From Bugula neritina (Eukaryota > Animalia > Bryozoa), in contig OZ037768.1 of NCBI GenBank assembly GCA_964035545.1, positions 7,100,741-7,164,740 on the forward strand: a DNA stretch of 64,000 nucleotides, in the 5' to 3' direction. The translations under genes were made by a program, and so were the position numbers. Positions 1-14,400 of the stretch are shown here, one piece after another; the first letter of the stretch is position 1, and each line of letters starts with the position of its first letter. The notes under the pieces are model-generated. The model saw only the letters and a program-made list of their open reading frames with translations, made no database searches and was not told where the DNA came from.

Positions 1-180
1 TGAGTTTTTGCTTGTATTGTTGTGCGACATACTATTATTTATTTTAATACAAATTATTATATTTTTGAGTTCTATCTGCTTACATTTTTTCTTTTGTTGC
101 ATTGAGGCTACATGGCATAAAATTTTGGTTTTTACTTTTTGAACAACTTAAGGATATCTTGGATTGTTTCTGCATTTTAG

Positions 181-3100
181 CGAGAATTTATTCGAGAATT
201 ATCAGATGTGGTAGTAAAGGACAAAGAGACGGCCATCTTTGAGTGTGAAGTGTCGCTGCCGAATGTGCCCATAAAATGGTTTGTTAAAGGACAGGAAGTC
301 ACGACTAGCCCTAAATATTCTATTTCCATGAACAAGAAAGTGCACACTCTTCGCGTGGAAAGCACTAGAAAGCTAGATGCTGGTGTAGTCAAGGCCGTGT
401 TCTATCAGGCTGAGTCAAAGGCTTCTCTTACAGTCATAGGTAAGCTCTCAATATCATAGTTTCCACAGCTATTGTGTAGAAATTTTAATGTTCTTGTACA
501 TAGCGAGGATGTCCCAATTTTCAACTGTAAATAGATAATGGAAAAAGTTTTTACATCAACAGAAGTAAAATACAAATCAATCTTTGGTGTTTTTCTTTGT
601 CCAAAGTATGATTTGTTTCTCATATTTTATTTAATCAAATTTTCATTTTTTATGCTTGATTTAGGCACATTCCAATATATTTAATTTTATCTTCAATATT
701 ATGTAACTCACTCTGCTAGGAGTGATGGTTGAGACTATAACTCTATTATGGCAAAATTCTTTGAATATTTTATTACATGTAACTACTTGCATGTTTTTAT
801 CAGTTATTTTTTAAATTTGCCAGTGTTGTAGTTGACTACTAGTTCTGAATATAATGAGAATATTTTCAGTTATTTGAATTTCTTAAGTTATTATTTGTTT
901 TATTTGTTAGTTATTAGTCACTCTTGATTTGTCCAGCGACCATTTCTACAAAAACAAATTTCTGTTAATTTATGTTCCCAAGTTAAACCTATTGTGGATA
1001 ATTTTCCAACAGATTCTGACTCTGATACTGAGTCAATACCAGATAATTCTCCATTAGTCCTAGATGGTAGGTATAGCATGTATTGTGATGTCACATGACC
1101 ATTGCAGTAATGAAAATTATAAATGATTACATTTGTTAAAAGCTCAATAATCGTAGGTGTTTCGACGTTGTGAAAAAATCTAGCGATCAAAGTTTTGTTT
1201 TTCTTTATTTTAAATTTATTTTTAATAAAGCCTTATTTGTACCACAAAGTCATGTGATATCAATATACCCTGGCAGTTTCAAAGGCAGGCATTGCTCTGG
1301 GCACTATTGTTGTACTCTCTGAACAAATGATATGTATAGATGCATTATGTTAGCTCTAGCTCCTTCTTGGTTTCTGTACTGCTTCCAATTCTTCTGATTG
1401 CTCTCTTGTGTGTTCACTACTGAGCATGAAATTATATGCTATGATGTTAGTTAGTAGTACCACTTAGCCATATGATATGTAACACTCATGTTCTATTAGA
1501 ACAAATCTGGGCTGTGTGATAATGGGTTGTCATGGCAACATGACCTCAAATTTTACCTGCTGCAACTGGTAGTAAGTATGTACTGGTACTAACCTATTTT
1601 ATGCATAGGACGTTACTTTTTGTATAGTACATGCACTAAAGACTTGAGTTATCAATAGTATAATTTAACACGGTACATTAGTTTGTGTTTTCCCCGAAAT
1701 AATTTGAATTTTAGTATAGCGACTGAGATTGTCAGTAAACGCAAGTGCTTGGTCACATGATCAACATCAGGTCACATGATTACCAACTTACAATATTTTG
1801 CTTATACTAAGTAACGTGTGATTAGAAGCACAGTTCACTATGCACAGAGTATACTCGGCACTTGTTTTTCATTATTTCAACCATTTATATACTTTTCTAA
1901 AATGTGAGTAGTTAGAAAAATTGACTAATTTGTAATAATTTTCAGGTAAATTTTGCTCTTTCAATATGCCAGCAGTTTAATCAAGTACGACTCTTTTAGA
2001 TAAAGCACCTTCCTTAAAGGCAAAGCTAAAAGACACAACGTGTGTGGAAAACGAGCCTGTGAGCTTAACAGCCGAGTTCAACAGAAAGGTTGTAGCTGAC
2101 AGTGTTCAGTGGTTTTTCAATGACAAACTTATCACACCATCAGATCGAGAGTACTCTATCATCACTGATGGAGCAACCTGCACCATCAAGCTCTTCAACC
2201 CCACACCCCAGACCTCCGGGAAATACACTGTCAATGCAGAAGGATGCACTTCTACTGCCAAACTTACTGTCAGACGTAAGACCTGTTTGCCCTCAATTCT
2301 TGAAAACGCAAATTTACGCCCACATTTACTTTCGCTGTTACATATTTCTGTCTTGATTAATAGCGTATCACGTTATTTATGATTCTTAGTGCTACTTCTA
2401 GTATTAGTGTCATTGCTCAGATTTTCCTAATTTCTTTGTTGCTATGCAATAGTAACCATATATGGAGAAACAATGGTGCTTTACCCGCATTCAACCCCTG
2501 ATTGCATGTGATTCACATTTGATTATGTAACTACTACCCCTCCTTTGGGCACATTTCCAGCTGAGCCTATCAGTGTTATGAAACCGCTCAAGGATGTCTG
2601 TGCCGTCGATGGTGAATCGGTGGAGTTTGTCTGCGAACTGTCTAAACCTGATTATAAGGTCACCTGGATGCAGGCTGACTTTGAAATACCTCTAGACAGC
2701 GATACATATAAACAGGAAACCGTTGGCACGCTGTATAAGTTAACCATACCAAAGGCTACTGTGGATATGACATCAAAATTCACTATCAAAGCTGGTGATG
2801 TCACATCCTGTGCAAACCTCACTGTATCAGGTGGGTGATGAGATGTGTTTTTATTTCTGTGTCGATTTTGCATTGTTGAGCTTTTATTGCATACAGTACA
2901 GACTACAGTACAGACGGAACATTGTGTGTTTTTTATTGAATAGATATGACTGTTGACTTCGACGTACCACTACCCGAGGAGTTGTCGGTCACTGAAGATG
3001 AGCCAATCACTCTAACCGTAACTTTGTCAAAGAACACACCAATTACCTGGACTAGAGATGATGAATCTATCAGTTTAGATGACTTACATTATAGTATTAC

Positions 3101-6100
3101 CCACACAGGCTCTACTCACACTCTTACTATCTCTAAAGCTACGTTAGATGACGCTGCTAAGTACTCTCTTATTGCTGGAGGACAGAAAACAGAAGTTGTT
3201 GTCAATGTCAAAGGTGTGTAAAGTTTTTTCATGTTTGTTGAAAAATTGTTATATATTCAACAGAGTGTATTTGTGTTTCTATTTCTATAAATTATATTTG
3301 TTTTGTACAAGACTTAGCAGTCTGTGATTGTTTAAACACTTGTTATGAAAAATAACATGTTCGCTGTACGTCTCCAGCTCTGCCATACTTCACGGAGCCA
3401 TTACCTGAGACCACCACAGTATATGATACCAAGAGTGTGGCACTGGAATGTCACATCTCAGAACCCGCTCCTGTTACATGGTTTAAGAATTCAGTAGAGA
3501 TTCCTGTTGGACATGAAGATTATATCATCAAGACTGGTAAGTGAAGAATTAAACATCTGTGAGATTAGATGATAGAGAGAAACGTAACGGTAACTGACAA
3601 GATGTTGAAAGTTTCAGAATTTTTTCTGCTGTTTTTAATTTTAGCTGCATTGAACGTTGGGTATTATAATCTCTGAGGACGCCAAAATAGAATTTTTTGT
3701 AATTGCTATTTTCCACTATAAATATTGTAAATCATTTATTCCAGAGGGCACAAAGTTGTCATTAGTGATTCCAAAAGCTACAATTGACCAGGAGGCCAGC
3801 TATTCTGTCAAACTCAATGAGAAAGTTACTCAAACACAACTTCTCGTGAAAGGTACGGTATTGTTACTTGACACAAATATAGCATAGAATAATCCTTATA
3901 TTGATGGCCTAGTTCATAATACTCCAAGGTTGAATTTTGCTGCATGTTTGTAGTCTTGAAAAACCAATAAATATGTTGTAGTTTTGATAACATTATTAAC
4001 GAGCTCAGTCATCAAGCTTAATCAGATATTTTGACAACAGCTTTTTTTGCATTTTTATCATTATTTAAAATAGTTTATACAGCTCCAAATATACATTTAT
4101 AATAAATGAACTTCGTGCTTTTAGATTAAACATGTTTTCCAATGCCTTGTGCAGATATCACAGTATGGAAATGTTGATGAGATAAAATTATTAGCTTTTC
4201 ACCATGCAAGCTTTCAGGTGTCTGTGCAGTTCTTATAACGTGTGCAATACTAAAACTATTTCAGAGGAGCCACTGATGATAGTGAAAGCTCTGAGAGATG
4301 TGACAGTTTCCGAGAACCAGCCATCTGTGCTGATATGTGAGCTGAACAAACCAGACGTACAAGTCCAGTGGACCAAAGGTGACCAGGTCATCAAAACCAC
4401 AGACTCTGTGAAAATCACTTCAGCTGGAGTTTTCCACACCTTGACTATTGAAAAGACAACTCTATCGGATGAAAACGAATACGTCTTAACAGCTGGAGAT
4501 GTATCTTGTAAAGCAGAAATTTTAGTTGATGGTAGGTTGACACAATTCTCCTAGCATTCCTGTATACTTAAATAAATTATGATATTCCCTTTTCGAAGTC
4601 TATGTACTATTATGTACTACTGATCTTTTGAAATAGTACTCGTATTAAAATACTTGCAGTGCTTATATTATTTTATTTGTTTTAAAATTTATAATAGTTG
4701 TTTATCAGTGTTTTTAGTAATTAAAAAAAAATTTTGCTTTTAAAATATTTGAGTTATTGATTTTGTAGAAGCTCCTGTTGAGTTTATAGTTCCGCTGAAA
4801 CCGTTGAATGTGATAGAAGGGAATCCTGCAACTTTCACCTGTGAACTAGGCGGGGTTTCCAGTGACATGCCCGTCACGTGGCTCAAGGATGGTAAAACTA
4901 TACCTGCGGATAGCAAAGACGTGGAGATGAAAACAGTCGGAAATATTCTCAGCCTGCATATACCCGCCACGGTTCTAGACGATGAAGCTGAATATGCTGT
5001 GGTTGTTGGCAAAAGCAGATCCAAAGCAGAACTGCTTGTTGACGGTATGTTTGCAAGCTTATGTTTATTGAAAATCACTGAGTCATATTTAACTGTTAGT
5101 CATTCTTACTAAAAGTGGAAATTAGTTTCTTTTGTACAGTGTTTATAAACAGACTGGTAAATAGTTGATATTATTTACAAATTTAAATATTTTTCTTTTT
5201 GTCTATATTTTCAGTTTGCCTAAAACTGGTAACAGTTTAAAACTAACTTTAGAAGCTAGGTATGTCTGTTTTTGCCGTTGCAAATCTGGGAAATTATTTA
5301 ATATACTACTGTGTTCTTTTGTGTATCAGAAGAGCCTGCGAGGTTCACCAAACAGCTTCAGCCACTGGAATGCGTAGAGAAAGAATCTGTAGAGTTTGTT
5401 TGTGAAGTCTCCAAGGAGACGGCGGTTGTTTGGAGTAAGAACGGCAGCCCACTGGAGGAGTGTGAGAGATACAAAGTGACCAGCACTGGACGAGTACACA
5501 AGCTGACTATATGTGAAGTTGACCTGGATGATGAGGCCGACTATTCTGTTGCTGCTGGGACAGTGACTTCTACCGCTGCTCTGTTAGTCGATGGTGAGTC
5601 GTTAATGGTTTTTAAAAAGTATTTTTATTTGTGCTCAAAATGTCGTCCTAAGCAGGGTATAATCATTATTGTGAAATAAAAAAAAATTTTAACAAAGTGC
5701 ATGATAGGAACAACTTAATGTTTTTCTAAAGTGTCTGAGCGTTCAGGTTTTTGCAGTTTTTCAGTAACAGATTTCTTGAAGAAAGGGTTCTAGGTTTTTT
5801 TAAAAGTTGTTTTTTATTAACAGGTTTTTATTTAACTAAGAACAATTACAAAAGCTGTTCCATTATTTTCACACACTATTTTGCAATTTTAAGAACCCCT
5901 AGACTGAATTTAGTAATTAGGTTGATACCTGAAACATGGCTGCAACATTTTTATAACCAAGGTAAACATTGTTTTAATCAGCATATGTGTTTACAGAAGA
6001 ACCAGTTGAACTTACAAGTGGCCTGCAAGATGTGACAGTAACACAGCTGCACTCAGTCGCAGAGTTTCGCTTGAAACTTTCGAAGGCCGATTGCAGCATC

Positions 6101-8480
6101 TCTTGGCTATGCGGGACCACACCTATAACTGATGGGCCTAAGTATACGACTGGAGTAGATGACCTTGTGCCATTCCTCAAGGTCAAGGATGTTAGTGGTG
6201 CTGATGAGGGAATATTCTCAGTTAAGGTTGATGACCTCTCTTCACAGGCGAAGCTTCTAGTCCAAGGTATAGGAGTCTGATTCTGCAACCAGAAGTTGTG
6301 TTCAAAAGAGTCATTGGAATAGATGGCATGACAGTGAAATGTGTTGGCTTTTTGCAGTAGTTGAATTAAATTTTGCTCCAAAATGCATATAATTATGAAC
6401 TATGAATATATTTTTATACACTAAATTAATTGGACATTCAGACTGTCTGCTTTAAAACCTCATGTTTTACTGACATTTTATATTTCTCATCTAAAATCAT
6501 GAAATTGTAATTTTTAGCTATCTGTGTGACTTTGTCCAACTGATTTATTTTTGTAAATCATTTTAAATATTTTTGTATAAGTTTAATATGACTGAAATGT
6601 AATTTGAATGACATTCGTTACTTTTGCAGTTTCACCCAAGATTTTGAATGTGCAGAAGGAATTCGTACTGAAGGCAGGTCAGCCCCTGGAGCTGGTAATG
6701 CCATTCGAAGCTTATCCTAAACCTGAAGTTTCTGTAGAGATGAATGGTGCACCGCTAACTGCAACTACTCCACACACTCTCAGTGTTGTAGACGATACTG
6801 TACATCTCAAGCTACCCAAAGTCACTAGACCTGAACAGTGTGGAGTGTTTAATCTTCAGCTCACTAATCCATATGGAGAAGACACTGTTTCTGTCTCTGT
6901 TGACATTCTTGGTAAGAAAATTAATTATTTTTGATGTTGTTAGTGTTTAAACTTTTGCACTATTTTGTTATCAGTTTTTTTATTGCTACCTTCATATCAG
7001 CACATAATTATACAGCTTATTTGAGATTTACAAAATATGCAGCTTCTGTTAAATAATTTTTGCTAACATTGCTGAGATCTATCTATCTTTACAGACAAAG
7101 GCATAAAACAAAAGCAGAAATGTAGTTCATAATAATAAAATTACCATATTTATTTTTAAGAGTATCCAACAAAAATAATAATTAATTATTTTTAGATCTA
7201 TGAAAATCAATTTTTAAATTTTTAAATAATGTATTGTCCCTTTATTTCCATCTATCTGCAATGCGAAAAATAAAAACATAATGTTTAGAATTATCTTAGT
7301 ATTAATTTCAACTTGTTGTATTAAATCCAAGCATTCAATGTTCCAATTGCCAGCTGTTTGTTCTAGACAAGCCATCGTCACCGAAGGAAGTTTCAGTAAC
7401 GGAATACGGGCCAACATTTGCAGAGCTGAGCTGGACTGCTCCAGAAGATGATGGTGGCTCCCCAATTACCTCCTACATAGTTGAGAGAAAGGACGTGACC
7501 AGAACTGCATGGATACGAGTGAATGAAGTGCCACACAATGTGCTGACGTGCTCAGCCCGGCAGCTTGTGGAAGGCAACCAATACCTGTTCAGAGTCACTG
7601 CTGCCAATGAGGTTGGCGAGGGATTGCCATGCATAACATCTCAACCCATGACAGCTAAATGTCCTTTTGGTAAGTTATTAAAATAGAGTAGTGCTGCTAA
7701 GTTTGTAGACTATAACGAAAAGTTAAATAAATACTTGATAGAATCTTGGTCATCTCGCATGGATCAAACTCTGGTCAAAATTAGCTTAAAGTTATTTACA
7801 ATATGGCAACATTGTCAAAAAAATATACAATTTTACAATTTCAAATGCACATTTTTTAAACAAATTATAGTAAAAGTATTTGTAAAATTAGTAATAGTAA
7901 TAGGCCTATTGATCTTTGACATAGGTTATTGCGTACTACTTTACTAAAATTGCAAAGAGCTGTTGTGCTTTTAGTTGAACGTGTGAAAAAGGAACCGTGG
8001 TTAATTTTTTATTTTCATATTTAAAATGTTTTTACAACTATAAATTACACTATGCTATAAAAATAACTATTTCTTATTGCAGATGTGCCCAGTGCACCGC
8101 AGAACCTTGAGGTAGTGGAAACAACTCCAACATGTTTCACCATACAGTTTGAAGCACCAGAGTCCGATGGTGGATCTCCTATCACCAGTTATGTGATAGA
8201 GCGACAGCAGACCAACAGGTCAGTATGCTGACTATCTGCCCTTGACCTTAGTACACTCGGTAGACATATTGTGCTCATATGTATTGCAGAGTCTAACAGC
8301 CTCTATATACTTGCAGCACTCGATGGACAAGAGTGAATAAACACAAGACTCTAGAGCTAGTACAGCCTGTAGACGTGTATGAAGGTCTGAACTATCTCAT
8401 CCGGGTTTCTGCTGAAAACGCAGCAGGTCAAGGTCCATCCTGTGAGCCAATAGGACCTCTGCTAGCTCAAGCTCCTATCG
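181..8480 (+). CDS. Titin-like gene, N-terminal part in window: 10 tandem Ig then 2 FN3
   Basis: Exons 181-439, 2000-2275, 2561-2830, 2944-3213, 3378-3536, 3745-3852, 4265-4531, 4769-5044, 5330-5593, 5997-6266, 6630-6911, 7367-7669, 8083-8218, 8317-8480; all AG/GT bounded and phase-compatible. Confidence 0.9.
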
Positions 8481-11400
8481 GTATGCATAGCTTAATGTTG
8501 TCCATCTGTGAAGATTGTCACCGTTTAATACTCATATTTACTTGTTCAGTTTGACTTATGTTTAATTCTGTTGTTTACGTACAGTAGCAGATGAGAAACC
8601 TCGTAAGTATAGAACTACAGTCTGTGTACATGCAGTTGTTGGCTCATAAGCTCTGCATGGCAAACTTTTATTCTCACCTATGTGTCATGTTAAATCTTTA
8701 AGTATCTTTGTTAGAAGTTGCTATAATTAATGACTTTTAACTAGTTCTAACGCTTATTACTAATAATTGATTAAATTATCAATCTTGAATTTATTTTGTA
8801 ATAATGCAAGAAATATAGTGTTAATATGTTTGGTAATCAACATAAATGCAATAAATTTTGTTTGATTTGGCAATTTACATTAACAAATGCTGTCACAGCA
8901 CTTGTGGTTAATAAACACGAATTTTGTCTACAACACCGAGTGTTAATATAAGTATGTTATTGTCGGTCTGTGTAAACATTATCTTTCTACTGTTTCTTGC
9001 ACTGCATGCCCAGCTATACATGTGATGTATGATTAATATAGTATGACAATGTTTTTGCTAGTAAATAATATGTTATTCTAAGGATATACATATTATATTA
9101 ATACTCTTATAATAGTGTAAACAATTTATATATTTTCTATTGAGATATTTGTGAATATACTTTTTATGCATAAATCAACATATACTGTAAACTGTGATTA
9201 GCAATTATAATTGGAAATAGTAAATTTTGAGCTGTTACTTTGAATTATCATGAAGGGACTAAAAGTAAATAGCCATTAGGTAAATAGTTGAATTTATTTT
9301 TTTTTGCAGTTCCGGTAGAGTTTGTTGTGCCACTTAAAGATGTAGACGTGAAGGAAGGCAAGACGGCTGTGCTAACTTGTGAAGTTAACAAAGCAGATGC
9401 TCCTGCCATATGGTGTAAAGATGGTGAACAGATAACTCCCAATGAGAAATACACAGTCACTGTCGAGAACTACACACACAACCTCATTATATCCGATTGT
9501 GATATATCAGACGACTCCGAATATACAATAACAATCGATGAACATACTTCTGTTGGCAACGTTTTTGTTGAAGGTATTAGAAATTCTCACACATTTATGT
9601 GTATCTAATCATCACTTTTTATGTGTATCTAATAGCTAGTTACTGTTTTAGTTATATAGCTAAAAAGTATTATGATCTGAATGAGTAATTGAACTATTGT
9701 TTTTAATTGTGTTTAATTTCTAATCGAAAACTTTTTTATTGAAATTATAAAATTTCCATTGCGTCAACTTTTTTAAAGTATAGTCTTTTGCGTTGTACAT
9801 GCCTGTATCTAATACTATGACTCAAACTATTTCTATACACTTACAGAGGATGTGGTGGGTATTGTGAAGGGATTAGAAGACCAAACTGCTAATCAGTTAG
9901 ATATCAATGTGTCATTCACTTGTGAATTGAGTAAACCCAATGTCAAGGTCACATGGTACAAAGGGAAGACACCAGTAACCAACACTGACAAATATACAAT
10001 AACAAATGTTGACTGTCACTACACTTTACTCATTAGAGGAGTTAGACCAGATGATGAGAGTGACTACACTGTGGAGGTTAAAGGAAAGAAATCCACCGCT
10101 GAGCTTTTCATAGATGGTAAAGTTGTGCTTTGTTGTTAAGTCTATCTTATATGTTATAGTATTTTACAGGTTTCTCTTGCTACTCATTAAAATTGTGTAT
10201 AAAAGTTAGTCTGTGGAATAATTGTAAATGATGGAATGAGAGCATGAGACCAATATTTTAATATAAATTGGCAGCACTTGCAGCCGCTGATGACCTACTA
10301 AAACTAGGTATAACTAAAATTATGCAAATATGGTCAATTCATCAACACAGTTTATAAATTGAATGATACTAACTAAAACTAGTTGAAGCATTGCTTACTC
10401 AAAATGATAAATTATGGTTTAGGTTTGCCACAAGCAACATAGCTTTTACTCTCTAACAGGGTTGCTATTTGTTTTCTCTCTGTTGTCAAACACGAAACTT
10501 TCTATTTACTCTCAGTTGCCCCTGAACTGACCCTGGATGAGAGTTGGAGCAGGAAAGTCACCCTACGAGCTGGTAAGAGTAGGACGTACAAGATTCCGTA
10601 CACGGGACATCCAGAGCCAAAGATTGAGTGGACGTTCAACGGCAGCAGTCAGCTGCCTGCTACGGTGACTACAGCCGCAGACGACAGAGATATTACCATG
10701 AGCTTGAAGAATGTAGTTAGGAAAGATACTGGACTCTACACTCTACATGTAAGCATTAGATGTTCAAGTAAATTGAAATTAGTTGAAACAAATTGTATTT
10801 CCAGAATAATTGTCATTCTTTTATCTTGATTATGTCGAGTCATAACTTTATTTAAAAATTCAGCAAAATCAAAGCTCTTCTTAAATATTGTTAAAAGGTT
10901 AAATTAGATTAAGTGCACTACTATATATGTTACCAGCGTTAGGCAAGGAGTTCCTCCTTATATTAGTTATGCGCTTGTAGAATGTATATATGCTAACTTC
11001 TACTTATCTGTATGTGACACAGGTGTACAATGATATTGGTGAGACGACAGGCAAACTGGATTTAGAGGTTGTGGATTGCCCAACTAGTCCTAAGGACCTT
11101 GCAGTTGATAATATCTCAGAGGATTCCGTTTCATTGAGTTGGAATGTTCCGAATGATGACGGTGGATCTCCTATCACTGGATATCTTGTGGAAAAGAGAG
11201 ATGCTAACCGGTATATATCTACATGTGTTGTCTGTTTAGAAACTCACGCAAGTTTAAAGTCACTATTCCTGTGAGAACCCAGCTGTTGGAAAGGGTTTTT
11301 TTAAATGTGGGCTGAAGACTCATTATTCATATGTGGCACGGGAGTAATTATGACTAGATGCTCTTTCTAACGTCACCAATGGTCTTTACTGGAGATCGAA

Positions 11401-14400
11401 CCCATGACCTCGGGTTTACTAAGCCAGCGCTCTAGCCTCTAGACCACGGCTGCTCCCTTTGTGTTAGCTGCTTTGTTCCTTGCAAGATATTTTGGTATTC
11501 AATATTCATGTTCAGGTTTGATAGATATGCAGATATTTTAGAACAGGTTTTACAGTAACTAGAGATTATATTATATACTGTCGGGTAATTTGAGAGTTTG
11601 TTGCAGGCGTACTTGGCAGACGTTGGAGACTGTGCCAGAGCTAGCCTGTGTTGCAAGTCAACTGGTAGAAGACAACTCCTATGTGTTCCGAGTGTCTGCT
11701 GTGAATGAGTACGGTGCCAGTGAACCTGTAGAACTGCTCAAACCTGTGACGGCAACAAGTAGTATTGGTAAGTTTAGTCAGAGATGGATGTGTTTTTTTT
11801 ATTTAATCTCATCATCATCGGGAATAAAAACAGTTCGTTTGGACAATAAATACTTGTTTCTCACTTGTTATATCAAAAGTTCAATATGCAGTAATTAGAG
11901 CAAACACTAAATGTAAGGAAACAAAGAAAGTTAAATATTTACTATGGAAATTATTTCGCTTAAGCTTTTTGTTTTTGTTTGTTATTTAAAAAATTTGTGT
12001 GTTTGGTGGCATCTTAACAGCAGCAACATAAATATATATATACATAAATATATATATATACATATATATAAATACAAATATGTATATCAATCCAATCAAC
12101 GCTGTATTTCTGCCGTTAGCCGTGCCAGATGCTCCGGGAGCTCCTGTTGTGTCAGATGTGACAGCAACTACATGCCAACTGTCTTGGACATCACCGGAGT
12201 ATGATGGTGGAAGTGCCGTCATTGGCTACTTCTTAGAAAGACAGTCTGATATCAGTCCTCGCTGGATTCGAATCAATAAGAGTGCGGTTAATGACACCTC
12301 CCTATCTGTCAATGATTTAGTCGAAGGAACTGAGTATATATTCAGAGCCATTGCTATTAACAAGAAGGGAGAAAGTAAACCCAGTCTTCCTTCAGAGAAC
12401 ACTCTTGCTAAAAATCCAATTGGTAAGTTGAAATCAATTATTTTAGAAAATTTATATTATTTATATTCTTGTTGCTAAGTACGATGAAATATTTTGTGTT
12501 ATGTTTTCAAGTTTTTTTGTTAATTTTGTTCGATAAGTTTCATTTTACAGATGAATTCCCATTTCAACTAAGTTACTATGTTACTATGATTTGTATTTTG
12601 AGACAGTGTCAGCAATAATGAGGAGCAGCAGAAGCACCCTGTAAATGACCTACACATTTCTCAGATACTTAGGCTACCTACTCTTTCTGTTACCTGCTTC
12701 ACTCTTTCATTCAAATACCATTCCAATCCAAATATTCCAAGTTTCAATTCAGTGCAATACTTATAGTCCCTGAAATTCATTCTATTAGTTCATATTATTT
12801 ACTTTAAACTTACATGTGGCTGATGAATATATTTTATTGTCTAGCTTTTATGTTAGCATTTGGTGGCGGCCAACATAATGTTGAGTTTTTATTTTTATTT
12901 CTTCATGTTGGAGTTTGAAACCGGACAAAGTTTGGTAAACTGCCAAATAGTTAATATATTCAACTGCCTTACTAGTTTATGTCTTTATTAATATACGTTG
13001 ATTTCTGAGTCATGGCATTGTACTATTTTTAAGCGAGTTTGTTTACATTCCTGATGTAGATGTGCCAGGTGCGCCTAGCATACCGGAAGTGTGTGAGATC
13101 ACAGATGAGAGTATGACAATCAAGTGGACATCTCCAGAGTACAACGGAGGTGCTCCTATCAACCGCTATACAGTGGAGTACATGAAACAGGGAGATAATA
13201 AATGGGTGCCACTGGAGACAGGTGGCCGGGGGTTGTCCTACACCGTGCAAGGCCTACAAAAAGGGGCTGGCTACTTATTTAGAGTGTCTGCGACTAACAA
13301 GGTATAGTTTTTGACGCCGAAGCCATATAATATGCATTTGTTAGTAAATAATTTGATATTTTATTCTTTTAAGTTTGTGTTTCTCAAAAAAAGTTACAAT
13401 GTTCAGTATTTAAATTTGAATTTATACTCGTTATTCTCAAATATTTTTAAAACGTTGTAATCTTTCGCTAAACAGTCTGGTACTGGAGAGCCGTCCATTG
13501 TCCATCCTGATAACTATACCATCTGTCAAGCTCCAGTGGTTGGTGATCTGCCAGAGATTCTTCACCCACTGGAAGACATCACGGTGATCGCACCTGAGCC
13601 AATTCTCCTGGAATGTGACCTTGATGTAGGGGAACCAGCAGCAGAAGTTGAATGGTGAGTTTTGCATAAATGGTTTACGGCATAAATGGTTTGTGGAGTC
13701 ATAAAATACCATAGATTTGTTACTTGTCACACAACCAATCGGCTATACTTGTTATAAACATATCAATTAGGTATAAAAATGGAAAGCGAATGGTAAAGGA
13801 AAAAAGAATAAAAAGAAAGGTTAATGCAGATGAAGAATTGGCTAGCCTAGAAATTACGGATTCAAAGCTGTCTGACGCAGGCACCTACAAGATGTTAGTC
13901 ACCAACAAGTTGGGATCTGTTGACTGCAGCTGTGTGGTTACAGTTCACTGTAAGTATGATGAAGACGCCATCTTGTTGTCTTGTAAGCATGAAGAGTAGG
14001 TGTAAAGAGGTGATTTTTTAACTTTAATAAACCAAGTTATTTAAAACGTAACTGAGTTTACTTCATACTACCTTAATAACTCTGTATCAGAGTTGGTTGT
14101 ATACAATATCCCTTAGCTTCTGGACTAATATGTAAATATTCTTAGTATGCTCATATTTTGTGGAGTTCATAAGCTGTAATTTTAAATGATTAATTTTTAT
14201 TAAATTGATGATGTAAGCAATTTATATAGTGTTGCTTATGTGAATTTCTCTACCTTGATGTCGTTACTTTCATGTACATCAGGATGCGTTCATTCAGATA
14301 CCAACTGAAGATATTGATCTGTTGTCCTCTATTACTAGGTAAACCTACGTTGACATATGACCAAGCTCAGCTCTCTACTACGCAGCAGATTGGTTCTAGT

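Noticed and set aside
11385-11457. Functional tRNA-Thr gene on the minus strand (also 56665-56737)
   Set aside because: The acceptor stem does not close, and homology between the two copies continues about 130 bp past the tRNA part, as expected for a SINE.
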